Shown here in pieces: positions 12,682 to 23,584 of a stretch of DNA of 64,000 nucleotides. The stretch comes from Azolla caroliniana. Taxonomy: Eukaryota; Plantae; Polypodiophyta. Location of the stretch: NCBI GenBank assembly GCA_043228905.1, contig JBHGNT010000017.1, positions 16,058,001 to 16,122,000 on the forward strand, in the 5' to 3' direction. Numbering within the stretch: position 1 is the stretch's first letter; the number at the start of each line of letters is the position of its first letter. The translations under genes and the position numbers were made by a program. The notes under the pieces were generated by a model that saw only the letters and a program-made list of their open reading frames with translations, did no database searches and was not told the DNA's origin.

Positions 12682-12967
12682 CCTGATGAATGCCCCAGTT
12701 ATGCTCGGAAGAAGTGAACGTGGCTTCTGACAATGCCGGTGAGCTGTGGCACAAGAGGTTGTGTCACATGAGTGAGAAGGGGATGAAGAGGCTTGCAGAT
12801 GACAACCTCATTCCAGTGAAGAACGTGCACTTGGAGAAGTGCACTGATTGTCTGGCCAGTAAACAAAACCGGACCTCCTTCCGATCGAGGCCACCGATGA
12901 GACGTAATGCACCACTCGAGTTGGTGCAAACTGATGTGTGTCAAGTGGGCACGAAGTCACATGCCGG
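12682..12967 (+). repeat. Left copy of a ~285 bp duplication of copia C flanking element B
   Basis: Matches 22755..23039 with 2 substitutions and a 1-bp indel seen. Confidence 0.92.
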
Positions 12968-13383
12968 TTAGCCGGACAAGGCCTAACACAAGGTGTCACG
13001 GAGACACTTCACCAAAGGGTGATTACGGCATAGGATTAAGATTCAACGATTACACCGACTTACGTAGGTTACGCGATTAGAATGCTTTGGTTAATTACAC
13101 GCGTAAGATATAACAGTAATTACAGAACGGAAATCAACACAGAAGTATAAACATTATAAGCTCTATTAATTATCCGCTGTGATTACAATGGGGTCCGAGC
13201 CTTTAAATAGGTTTCCGGCCCGTAGTACAAAACGGTGCCTCTCGCACCTATTCGGGATCCGTCCGGATCTGGAACGGCATACCGTTTCCAGTCCGTCCGT
13301 CCACACTATGCTCATTTACAACTACAACTATATTTAATTAATTCCTTCACTCCGTATTTTGGACTCCTTGCCGGCCGGTAACA
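12968..13383 (-). repeat. 3' LTR of B, lacking its terminal 10 bp
   Basis: Matches 22339..22754; the plus-strand TGTTATTCGC end is missing. Confidence 0.93.
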
Positions 13384-13385
13384 CA

Positions 13386-13402
13386 TGGCACGCCCGTGGG
13401 AC
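13386..13402 (+). promoter_or_regulatory. Opposite-strand PBS-like site (tRNA-Arg type) where the PPT is expected
   Basis: TGGCACGCCCGTGGGAC begins 2 nt inside the LTR edge; resembles the complement of a plant tRNA-Arg 3' end (recalled as TGGCACGCCCGGTGGGAC). Confidence 0.75.
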
Positions 13403-13435
13403 AGTACCTTGTACGTCGAACCCTTCTCGGCCCCT

Positions 13436-16036
13436 TCATTGTTCACCCAAATTGTCCAAAATACTTTGTTCAGGAATTTCCACTTGTTCTTCCGGTTGTG
13501 GTTGTTGCGGCTGTGCTTGCTGCTGCTGTTGCGGTTGGGACTGCGGCTGTTCCGGCTGCTCTATAGGCGGCTGCTCCGTTTGTTTCTCTGACTCCGGCTG
13601 CTCCGTTTGACTGCTTCCGGTCCGGTCTCCTTCCAGTAACGGTTCCTCATCATTGAGGTTGACCGTAACCGGTTCTCGTTCTTTCTCTCCCCGGATCCGG
13701 GACCTCTCGTAGCTTTCAAACTGGATCTGCGCCTCCAGCCTGTCGTCGTCCAGCTGAGCTACAAGTTGCCGGACTTGGCCTAGTTGGTCGTCTGCCAAGG
13801 CTTGAAAGTCTTCGGCAAGCTCATCTCTTATGCCGGTGAAGTCTTCGGAAGTCAGCATATAGCAATCATCTCCCTCCTTCCGCCGGTTCTCTACGTCGGC
13901 CCGGAGCAGTTGGAGTTCCGCCGCGTTCGTGGCCCACTTGGTCCACCATTTGACGGAACCGTTGTCAATCAAGCTCTTGGTCTGGTTCAACCAGGCCCGC
14001 ATGATGTCCTGGATGCGACTTGCTCCCATTTGTGCTCTGCTTTCCACAACTTGTCGCTCCTCCTTCAACTGCTTGATGAGATTAGCCGTATCCTCCGCCT
14101 GCTCTCTGTAGCGCGTCAGCTGCCCTTGATATGTCGTTTGCAGCCTCTGCAGTACCTCCGCCGCTCTTTCTTTTTCCGCCTGCTGTTGCCTGAGGAGCTC
14201 TGTCCGAACCTTCTCTGCCTCTTCCAACTGTCTTCTGGTTTCCGCTTGTTCCTTGGCGAATGCGGTTGCGGTCCGATCAACTGCTTGCCGGAGCTCATCT
14301 GTTCGTTCCTTGTGCTCCGTTTGCAACCGTTTATACTCCCGGTGCAAGTGCTCAAATTCCTCCGTTTTTTGTTTGAGCTTGCCGTTGATCTGGCGCTGGT
14401 TCCGGTCCTCCCGGTCCTTTACGTGCCGGAGTTCCTCTTTCAAGCGCTCTACTTCTGTTTCGGCGTTCCTCCGGAGCCTGACCTTCTCTTGCAGCATTTT
14501 CTCCTTCTCCTCGAGCCGGTCGTACGCTTGGTGGCCTTTCCGTAAGCTCTCCTCGGCCCGGCGTAGATTCTCAGCAGTCTTTTTGAGTTCTGCCTCCGCT
14601 GCCGTCTTCAATTCTCTTTCGCGGCTCCTCAGCGCTTCTTGGGCAGCTAGCTCATCCTTTAAATCCGCAAGCTCTTGGGCTTGTGCCGCATTTCTCTCCG
14701 GAACGGTTTCCGTTGCCGGGGTCTGATTGCTATGTACAGGTTGATCTGACGCCTTATTCTGTACATTGCCCGGAGTCACCGGTGCTTGGACTTGTGTTGT
14801 CAACGCGAATTGAGCCATTTCCCTTGTGACCCTGTCCAAGTCTTGTTCAAGGCTCCGGATTCTGGACCGGGCCGTCTCTAGATCTACGGTTGTGACGAGC
14901 AACCGTTCGTTGTGCGCTCTCTCCTCCGCCTCTATGTACTCGACCGCTCCGGCGATCTGCTCACCTACCCACTGTAGCCACATGCTACTGGTGCCTTGCT
15001 GCTGTACTGGTCCTACTCCTTGGCTGCCGTGTGTGCTGGCTGGGCTCACCGGCTGTTGAGTTCCGGTTCTCGCCGTCTCCGGAGCCGTTGGAATGACTTC
15101 TGGTATAGAAGTCGACAAGGCCGGTTCTACCCGCACCGGTTCCGGTTCCTCCCTTGTGTTTTGCTCAGGTTGAGTTCGGGGCGTTTCCTTCTTTTGCGGG
15201 TCCGAACGCTCCCCCGCTGCCCCGGCGGTCCCACTTCTTGACCGTCGTTGGAGGTGCTCTTCTGGCTCCTCCGTTTCCTCTTCCTGGGTAACGGCATGTT
15301 TCTGTGCCGTCAAGGGTTCTGGTTCCTTCTGACCCGGTCGCCGTATGGTTATCTTAACGGGTCCCACCGGTGACACCTCCTCCGGTTCTTGGAGCCGTTT
15401 CTTCCCTTTCGTCGCCTTCGACGCCAGCAGCTGCTGTCGTTTGGACGCCGGCTTCGAGGTGCTTCCTTCCGATACTCTTGGCCGCTTCTTTGGCTGAACG
15501 GTCTCGACCGGCGGCACGAGCAATGTTATCCACTGAGCTACGGCATGCCACAGCTTCCGGCCCTCCTTGCCGTCCTTTCCTCGTACCATGTCGATTGCCG
15601 CGCACAAACCGTCTGCAATCAACACCGGCCAGTCCACCTGGATCCCTTCATAGGTGGCTATGATCATCCCTGCCCGATTTTTTGGCATGACAGGGGGTCG
15701 GGGGTACACGTGGCCGTACTCATGGAGCACTCGAGCTATCTCCCTGAACAGCGGATCTTCGCCGCCCTGCGTTCGATAGCCTTTGCCGGCTACAGAGTAC
15801 TCACCGAAATATCGGGTGAGTTGCTCCGAGGTTGGATTATCAATCTGAAAAATACCTCCCTCCGGAAGGCCTGTTAGCGCACGGATCGCTTCCTCGGTGA
15901 TGACTTCCTTGTCGAGCGCCTTGATGACCTGGTCGGCTTCTCTGTGCGGTGGTGCTTCCATGATGGTCAAAAACCCATCCAGTCCGTGTTGCCTGAACCA
16001 TTTCCTGGCCGCTTTCGTCAGCGTTTGTGGTTCCAT
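13436..16036 (-). CDS. Extra ORF of B (about 866 aa from MEPQT): conserved N-terminal domain, low-complexity linker, long coiled coil
   Basis: Uninterrupted frame (track ORF 13436..16336); N-terminal ~150 aa align with the ORF at 62377; E/Q/R/K-rich heptad region. Confidence 0.85.
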   Translation of the reverse strand: MEPQTLTKAARKWFRQHGLDGFLTIMEAPPHREADQVIKALDKEVITEEAIRALTGLPEGGIFQIDNPTSEQLTRYFGEYSVAGKGYRTQGGEDPLFREIARVLHEYGHVYPRPPVMPKNRAGMIIATYEGIQVDWPVLIADGLCAAIDMVRGKDGKEGRKLWHAVAQWITLLVPPVETVQPKKRPRVSEGSTSKPASKRQQLLASKATKGKKRLQEPEEVSPVGPVKITIRRPGQKEPEPLTAQKHAVTQEEETEEPEEHLQRRSRSGTAGAAGERSDPQKKETPRTQPEQNTREEPEPVRVEPALSTSIPEVIPTAPETARTGTQQPVSPASTHGSQGVGPVQQQGTSSMWLQWVGEQIAGAVEYIEAEERAHNERLLVTTVDLETARSRIRSLEQDLDRVTREMAQFALTTQVQAPVTPGNVQNKASDQPVHSNQTPATETVPERNAAQAQELADLKDELAAQEALRSRERELKTAAEAELKKTAENLRRAEESLRKGHQAYDRLEEKEKMLQEKVRLRRNAETEVERLKEELRHVKDREDRNQRQINGKLKQKTEEFEHLHREYKRLQTEHKERTDELRQAVDRTATAFAKEQAETRRQLEEAEKVRTELLRQQQAEKERAAEVLQRLQTTYQGQLTRYREQAEDTANLIKQLKEERQVVESRAQMGASRIQDIMRAWLNQTKSLIDNGSVKWWTKWATNAAELQLLRADVENRRKEGDDCYMLTSEDFTGIRDELAEDFQALADDQLGQVRQLVAQLDDDRLEAQIQFESYERSRIRGEKEREPVTVNLNDEEPLLEGDRTGSSQTEQPESEKQTEQPPIEQPEQPQSQPQQQQQAQPQQPQPEEQVEIPEQSILDNLGEQ

Positions 16037-16419
16037 GTCTGCTTCGAGGTCGAGGAAAGATGGCGAGGTAGAGTGGTGATGAGAGTGAGAGCGAGAGAGA
16101 GAGCGTTCTGAACGCGGGGGTTCTCTGAGTGCAGGTTCGCGTTTGCTAAGCTTCCACTGCCTTGGTGCTTCTGTGCTTCTTGGCTCGCGAAAAAAGAAGG
16201 TCTCCATGCGCTCTTCTTTTTCTCTGTGCGTCTTGGCGCCTTTTTCGAGCATGCGCACGTCGTGTACCGATTTAGTATTAAGTAACGTGGCGGCTCTTAA
16301 ATGCCCACTACGTACCTTTTCGCTCCTTGCTTTCACACCCGTTCATACCTCGATTTTTAATGATTTTTTTTTTATTTTTTTTATTTTTTTTATTTTTTTT
16401 TAAATGACGGTATGTGATC

Positions 16420-19400
16420 TTACACATCCGTAGGTCCCTTCGGACCCTTACCGTTTTCCTTACGGGTTGCCGTGTCTTCCTTCGCCTCTGCTACTGGTTC
16501 CCCGTCGTCTTTTTCTTCTATCCGTACCGTTCCCGGACAGGTTCCCGGTATAGTGCCGGTGAGCTGCATAAACGGGTTCTTTGGCATCGGTCCTTTATAG
16601 GGCTTTAGTCTAAATCCGTTCACCCACTTGCCTAGTACTTCACCGGCAAGTGTCCCTATCTGATAGGACCCGTTGTATTCCCGTGTCAGCCAATACGGGC
16701 CTGTCCATCTAAACCGGAGTTTACCCGGCATCTTGCCCATCCTTGTTTGGAATACTAGAACCGGTTTTCCGATTTCGAACATCTTTTCGTTACCTTTCCG
16801 GTGACAGTCAACGAACGCTTTCCGTCGTCGTTGCTCCAGTTCCATGTGTAGGATGCTGGCCAGCCGTTGCTCCTCCAGTTCGCATAGTGCTGCTAGCCGC
16901 ATTTCCTCCGACTTCTTTTCATTCAGCCGTTCCCGTAGTTGGATCCGTAAGCTTGGTACCTGAAATTCCACCGGCATGACCGCTTCTAAGCCGAATGCTA
17001 ACCGGAATGGCGTTGTCCGGATACTTGTCTTGTATGCCGTTCGGTACGCCCATAGCGCGCTATGGAGCTTTGTATCCCAGTCCGTCCGGTTTTCGTTGAC
17101 GATTTTGCGGAGAATGTTCTGCAGCGTTTTGTTGGTGGACTCTGCTAACCCGTTCGCTTGTGGGTAGTACGGTGTGCTCCGTTTATGAACCACGGCATAG
17201 AACGTTGTTAAGCTTTCCACTACCTGGCCGAGGAAGTGCCCTCCTTGGTCGCTGATTAATTCAATCGGACACCCATATCGGCACCAAATGTTTTCGTACA
17301 GGAATTTTGTTGTGGATGACGTGGTGTTGTCTCTCAGGGCCTTAGCTTCCACCCATTTAGTGCAATAATCCGTTGCCACGATGACATAACGATTACCCGT
17401 TCTCATTGCCGGTGGCTTGAACGGTCCGACAAAATCCAACCCCCACTTCTGAATGGCTCTAGTGGAAGTACCGGTTGGTGTGGCATCCGTGCTTGCTCCA
17501 TAGGCTGGCCCATTCGTTGGCATAGGTCACATTCCTTAGCGTACTCCACGGCGTCTTTTAACGTCGTGGGCCACCACAAGCCGCTCTGCCATACTTTTCT
17601 TGCCGTCGCTTCCCCGGCGTAATGTCCTCCGGCAACCCCACAGTGTGCTTCCCGTAAGATTACTTCTTTCTCGTCACTACGGACTGCCCGTCTCCATATT
17701 CCATCTGCTCCCTTGTGGTAGAGAGTGTCCCGTAACAGACAGAAATTGCGGCTCTACACCGCCAGTCGTTTCCTCTCGTCCCGGTTCATTTCCTCCGGTG
17801 GCAGGCCCGTGCTTAGGAACTGGTGCATGTTTGTCAGCCATTTATCTTCTGATGCCACCGTGTCGTCCGCTGCCGTTTCCGGGGTGATACGGAATAACTC
17901 TGCGTCCGGGAATTCATCCGCTACTCCGTCGCCTGATTCTCCGGACTCTAACCGGCTCAGGTAGTCTGCTACGGCATGCTGAATACCGGGCCGGTGGAAG
18001 ATCTTGAATTCGAACTCCTGCAACAGCAAGGTCCAACGGGCCAACTTACCGGTCAAGGACGCCTTGGACACTAAGTACAGGAGCGCCGAGTGATCCACAT
18101 GGAAGGAGAACTTCCTTCCCAATAGGTAATGACGAAACTTTGTTACACTGTAGATCATGCCCAGGGCCTCCCGTTCCGTAGTCGAATAGTTCTTCTCCGC
18201 TTGGGACAGCTTCCGGCTGGCGTAATATACCGGTCGGTACCATTTGGGCTCCGTAAGTTGCATTAAGGCGCTGTCGATAGCGATGTCGGAAGCGTCCACG
18301 AACACATGAAATTCCTTGCTCCAATCCGGAGGCTGGACGACGGGTGCTTGCGACAAAAGTACCTTCAGGGCGTTGTATGCCTTGTCCTCCGTATCTGTCC
18401 ATTGGAACGGTGTCCGGTGTACCGCAGTGTGTAATGGTGTAGCCAAGTCAGCCAAGTGACGGAGCATCCGGCTGTGCCACTGGATCTGTCCTAAGAATCG
18501 GCTTAGTGCTTTGGCCGTTTTCGGTGCCGGTGCCCCTAGTATCGCGTTTACTTTGTCGGGGTCGACCGCAATGCCCTCCTTACTTACAATGTGTCCCAGC
18601 AATATTCCACTTGAAACTCCAAAGATGCATTTTGCTGGGTTTAAGCTTAGCCGGTATAACCTACACTTTTCAAGGCATAACCGTAGGTGCTGCAAATGGT
18701 CTTTTCCCCGGCTATAGACTGCAAAATCATCCAGGAAAACCTGCATGAAGGCTGGAATGTATTCGCCGAAGATCTCCATGATGATTCGCTGGAAAGTTGC
18801 TGGTGCCGTTTTTAGGCCGAACATCATTACTTCGGCCACAAACACCCCCCATTCGGTGACGAACGCTGTCTTCTCCTGGTCGTCGGGGTGCATCCGGATT
18901 TGATTGTATCCGCTGAAGCCGTCTAAAAAGCTATAAACTTCATGGCCGGCGACGGCATCCAGTACTCCATCCGTGAACGGAAGAGGGAATGCATCCGTAA
19001 TTGTGGCGGCATTTAGTTTCCTGTAATCTACACACACGCGGATTTTACCGTTCTTCTTGGGTACGACGACGATGGGGCTCAGCCACGTCGCTTTCTTTAC
19101 CGGCCGGATGAAGCCCACTCTTAGGAGTTTGTCGATTTCCTCCTTCACTTTGGCGGCGTAGTTGGGGTTCATTCGGTAACGTCTTTGCGCCACTGGTTTC
19201 GCGTCCTTGCCTAAGTGGATCTGATGCTGATATAATTGAGGGTCCAGCCCTCGCATGTCTTCGTATGACCAGGCGAATACGTCGCGAAACTCCGTGAGAA
19301 GTTTGATCATCGCCGCTTTATCTTCCGGCTTCATTTCTTTGGCGATGTGTACCGGCTTTGATTCGTCCTTGCTTCCTAGGTTCACTTCGTCGAGCTGGGA

Positions 19401-22277
19401 TGCTTTTACCCGTTGGGAAACGGCCATTTCCCGTTCCAACGCTTCCTGTGCTTGCCGTAATTCCCGAATCGCATCTTTGTCTGGTTCGGCTTCGGTTTCG
19501 TCCCGCTGCGGCAAGTATGGCGCTACGGCTTCAGCCACGTCTATCTCGAAGAGTGGTACGATCTTCGGGTGTTCCTCCAAGTACTGGGCTTCTTCGTCGT
19601 CTGCCAACCCTTCCAGCATGTTCACGCATTCCGCATATAGCGGTGTGCATTCCTTACCGTTGCTCGTCCGTGGTTGTGTCGGAACCCGGACCTTGGCTTT
19701 TCCGCGCCGGAAGGTAATCATATTTTTCCGCCAAATTTGCTTGATGTGTGCTGTTTTCAACCATGGTCTGCCCAACAACAGTGGGTACGCGCCTTGCGTC
19801 TGTAGCTGCAGCACTACAACCGAGATGTGAAATGTGTGAGCTCCTATGGTGACTTCCAATTTCCGTATTAAGCCCGTCGGCCGTACAGAGCTCGTATCCG
19901 CCATCCGTAGCCAGAACGGACATGGCTCCCATTCATGTATACCCAAGGCATTACACGTGTGGAGGCTTATTACGTTCACCCCGGAACCTCCATCGATTAC
20001 TGTGCCGGGAAGTTCGTGCCCTTTGACAATAGCTGTAATCACCGGACTGCTAGTGTCCACTACCGTCGGTCCCTCCTCCGGGTTCGAGAAGAGGACTGGT
20101 GCCGGTGGGGCTATACCGTCTGTCATGCCCGTTTTTAGTCCTTCCGTAAATCGCGGCACGAGCTGCAAGAGTCTTCCTAACGGCAACGTGATCTGACATT
20201 CTTGCAGTGCTTGCCATGTCTCGTTTTCTGGGTGGCTACCGCCGGCACTCCCTATGGTATTCGCCTTTTGCCGTTCCGCGTCCGCGACGTTCCTTTCATT
20301 GGCTTCCTTCACCCATTCCGTCGCCTGTTTTCGTATGGCCTCTTGTGTTTCCCACTCTTTGGCCATGCCTTTCGACCGTGTGGTTACTTGCTGTACATCC
20401 GTCACTTCCGGAACCACCATATTAACTGCTGGTCGTTTCTCGTAGCTCTTTACCGGGCACTGGTTACTGTAGTGGCCTTCCTGCCTGCAGTAGTAGCAGT
20501 ACTCCTTACGGGTATTGCTGGATTCAGCATTGCTGGTAGCCGGAGTCGGTCCCGTAGTGAGTGGTGCGTTCTGTGCCGGTTGGCTCCTTGGGGTTCCATG
20601 TTCCGGGTCCCTAGGGTGACCACCTTTCTTGAAGTTACGTTTCTTATTATTCTTATTTTTATTTCGGTAGTCCGGTCGTGGTGGATCGTAAAATCGGCCG
20701 TAGTCCTCCTGGTGCCTTCGGTAACCAGGGGAATGGTCTCTGTCGTATTGCTCGTGTCGTCTGTTGGGCTCCCGATAACGGTCTGATCGCTCATACCGGT
20801 CGTAGTTATCACGCCGATTCCCGTACCGGCCATCATTCTCTTGTCTATCTCCGTACCGGACATCCTGTGCCGGTTGGTACCGGTTCATTCTTTGCCAACG
20901 ATCGTCATCTTCGTCTTGGCTGCTTCTTGGCTCGATCCGTCGGACGGGTGGTGCTTGTCGGTTTAGCAGGTTATACTCGCACCGGTCCGTTGTATGACTC
21001 TTGGATTGACAAATCACACACTGGGTTCGCATGGTGCACTCCACTGCCGAGTGTCCGGCATTCAAGCAGATTGTGCATTGAATTGCCTACCGGAACCGGA
21101 GATCTTCATCTGTGGGTAGCGCCCGTTGCAGTGCTCCCAGTGTAAGCCAAGAGCTTGACTTTTCCATTTCTCTGACCCGGTCAATGACCTGGTCAATGGT
21201 GCTTCCTCGAAAGTCGATCACCGTGCACACCGTGCGTAACGGTTCCCGTAGTGCGTTTAAAAATTTCGTCCGTAATTCTTCCTCCGGAGGTGCACGGGCA
21301 AGCTGGCTATGCATTCGTTGGAAACGGATGACGAATTGGGGAATGCTTTCCCCTGCCTCCTGTCGGATCGTATAAAACAGGCCCACCATTGTCGTTTGGT
21401 CGACCTCCTTGTGGAAAAAATGCAAGAATTTTGCTTTTAATTCTGCAAAGGTTGTAATGGTCGCCGGGTCCTGCGTCCGCCGCCATCGTGTCGCTGGTCC
21501 TTCCAACGTGACCCCGAACTCCGCTATCTTCGAGCGTTCTTCTTCCTCCGGTGTCATTCGCTGGGACGTGTGATTTGCTTCCCATGTCTGCTCGAAGGCA
21601 TGAACATGCGCTTCCGCGTCCGGATCATCGCGATACTTTGAGTATTGGAACGGCATGTCGTCGTCCAGTATTAGGCCGCGGTTTAGTGGCGTTTGTTGAT
21701 ATCTTTCCGGTTTTCTCTCCGGTTCCACTTCCGGTTCTTTTGCCGGTGCTTTTTCCGGTTCCTTTTCCGGTTCTTTTTCCGGTTCCTTTGCCGGCTCTTT
21801 CGTTGGTGTCGGTGGCTTTGCTTCTGCCACTTCCGGTGTTGGTGGGTTGACGGCTTCCGTTTGCGGTTCCGGATAGCCCTGGTCGAGCGGTTCCGGTTCT
21901 GGAGTCGGCACGGTATCCGACCCGTCGTCCTCCGGGCCGCCGGGGGTATCGTTGCTGCTCCTGTAATTCGTGTGCACGCTGTATCCCCCTTCGGAATCCG
22001 ATTCGTAGGCTGAAAAGGCTTCTGCCTCGTTTTCTCCGCCTGCCAGCGCCTCGAGGAGGCGTTCGGTTTCCCGGAGACTACTTAGACTGCTTCCGTCGTC
22101 CTGGTCGCGAGTTTTCCGTAACCGAAGAGATTCCTCCGCGACTCTCCGGATCTCGTTGGAGAACGAACGATCCGAGCGAATTTCGTGCGCTGCTTGTTGG
22201 AAAGTCTCACGCCATCTTTGCCGTTCGGCGAGGCGTCGAGCTCGGTCTGTAACCAAGTCGTGCGTTGGTCTAGTCAT
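16420..22277 (-). pseudogene. gag-pol of B (single frame with two stops and one frameshift)
   Basis: Zn knuckles, protease IDGGSG, RT VDYRKLN/FLDD, RNase H VDASD, integrase WGLDFVGP; TAG at 21087 and 17754, 1-bp loss near 17450. Confidence 0.92.
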
Positions 22278-22311
22278 CCATTACCGTCGTTCGCTGCGAG
22301 AAAGCAGGAAT

Positions 22312-22322
22312 CGTGGTCGCCA
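22312..22322 (-). promoter_or_regulatory. PBS of B (TGGCGACCACG, tRNA-Arg-like)
   Basis: 6 nt inside the 5' LTR and 35 nt before the gag ATG. Confidence 0.75.
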
Positions 22323-22328
22323 AAACTG

Positions 22329-22754
22329 TGTTATTCGCTTAGCCGGACAAGGCCTAACACAAGGTGTCACGGAGACACTTCACCAAAGGGTGATTACGGC
22401 ATAGGATTAAGATTCAATGATTACACCGACTTACGTAGGTTACGCGATTAGAATGCTTTGGTTAATTACACGCGTAAGATATAACAGTAATTACAGAACG
22501 GAAATCAACACAGAAGTATAAACATTATAAGCTCTATTAATTATCCGCTGTGATTACAATGGGGTCCGGGCCTTTAAATAGGTTTCCGGCCCGTAGTACA
22601 AAACGGTGCCTCTCGCACCTATTCGGGATCCGTCCGGATCTGGAACGGCATACCGTTTCCAGTCCGTCCGTCCACACTATGCTCATTTACAACTACAACT
22701 ATATTTAATTAATTCCTTCACTCCGTATTTTGGACTCCTTGCCGGCCGGTAACA
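22329..22754 (-). repeat. 5' LTR of B (426 bp, TGTTA...TAACA)
   Basis: 5-bp terminal inverted repeat; CCTATTTAAAGG TATA-like box on the minus strand. Confidence 0.93.
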
Positions 22755-23584
22755 CCTGATGAATGCCCAGTTATGCTCGGAAGAAGTGAACGTGGCTTCT
22801 GACAATGCCGGTGAGTTGTGGCACAAGAGGTTGTGTCACATGAGCGAGAAGGGGATGAAGAGGCTTGCAGATGACAACCTCATTCCAGTGAAGAACGTGC
22901 ACTTGGAGAAGTGCACTGATTGTCTGGCCAGTAAACAAAACCGGACCTCCTTCCGATCGAGGCCACCGATGAGACGTAATGCACCACTCGAGTTGGTGCA
23001 AACTGATGTGTGTCAAGTGGGCACGAAGTCACATGCCGGATCGCAGTACTTCATGACGTTCATAGATGGCCACAGCCGGAAGCTGTGGACCACACCGTTG
23101 AAGACGAAGGATCAGGTGTTATCCGTCTTCAAAGAGCTCCATGCGAGAGTGGAAAGAGAAACCAGCCGGAAGCTGAAAGCGGTTTGAGCAGATAACGGAG
23201 GTGAATATTGGGGGCAGTTCGAGGAGAACTGTCGCTCGAAGGGAATCCGGCTCGAATATACCATGCCGAAGACGCTGGAACTAAATGGGTTGGCCAAGAG
23301 GATGAACTGGACCATAATGGAGAGGGTCCGGATTATGCTAGCACATGCTAAGCTACCCAAGGCGTTTTGGGCTGGGGCGCCGTTGACAACGACGTATGTG
23401 ATAAACAGATCACCCTCAGTGCCCTTGGATGGAGACACGCTGCAGAAGGTGTGGACCGGTAAGGAAGTGTCCTACCGACATCTGAAGGTGTTCGGGTGTC
23501 TCGCGTACATGCATGTTGCTAATGACCGGAGAGGAATGTTGGATCCAAAAACCCGGACATGCATATTCCTCGGATACAGCGATG

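Larger units (their letters stand above)
12968..22754 (-). mobile_element. Non-chromovirus Ty3/gypsy element B (Athila-like pol) with an extra ORF
   Basis: Two LTRs with 2 differences seen, gag-PR-RT-RH-IN order, no chromodomain, long ORF between pol and the 3' LTR. Confidence 0.93.
4464..23584 (+). mobile_element. Ty1/copia element C (decayed, 3'-truncated; interrupted by A2 and B)
   Basis: 5' LTR, Met PBS; gag 5178..5598 continues at 11877 (LLGSLPDSWE, CCHC knuckle, WVVDS), GAG-pre-integrase and integrase at 12682..12967 and 22755..23584. Close relative of copia F. Confidence 0.9.

Noticed and set aside
13386-13402. tRNA gene or tRNA-derived SINE
   Set aside because: Only the 3'-terminal ~17 nt including CCA are present; no cloverleaf or A/B boxes.
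13436-16336. Envelope gene call for the extra ORF
   Set aside because: No signal peptide or transmembrane segment is visible; position alone is not enough.
17754-18000. Tat-type additional RNase H in B or G
   Set aside because: The spacer between RNase H and integrase is too short and lacks the motifs.
21066-21089. Programmed stop read-through between gag and pol in B
   Set aside because: The homologous codon in G is CAA (RQALQC), so the TAG is most simply a C-to-T mutation.
13784-22451. Many 60-250 aa antisense and overlapping ORFs in B, and similar ones in D, F and G
   Set aside because: Shadow frames of GC-rich coding sequence with no recognisable motifs.
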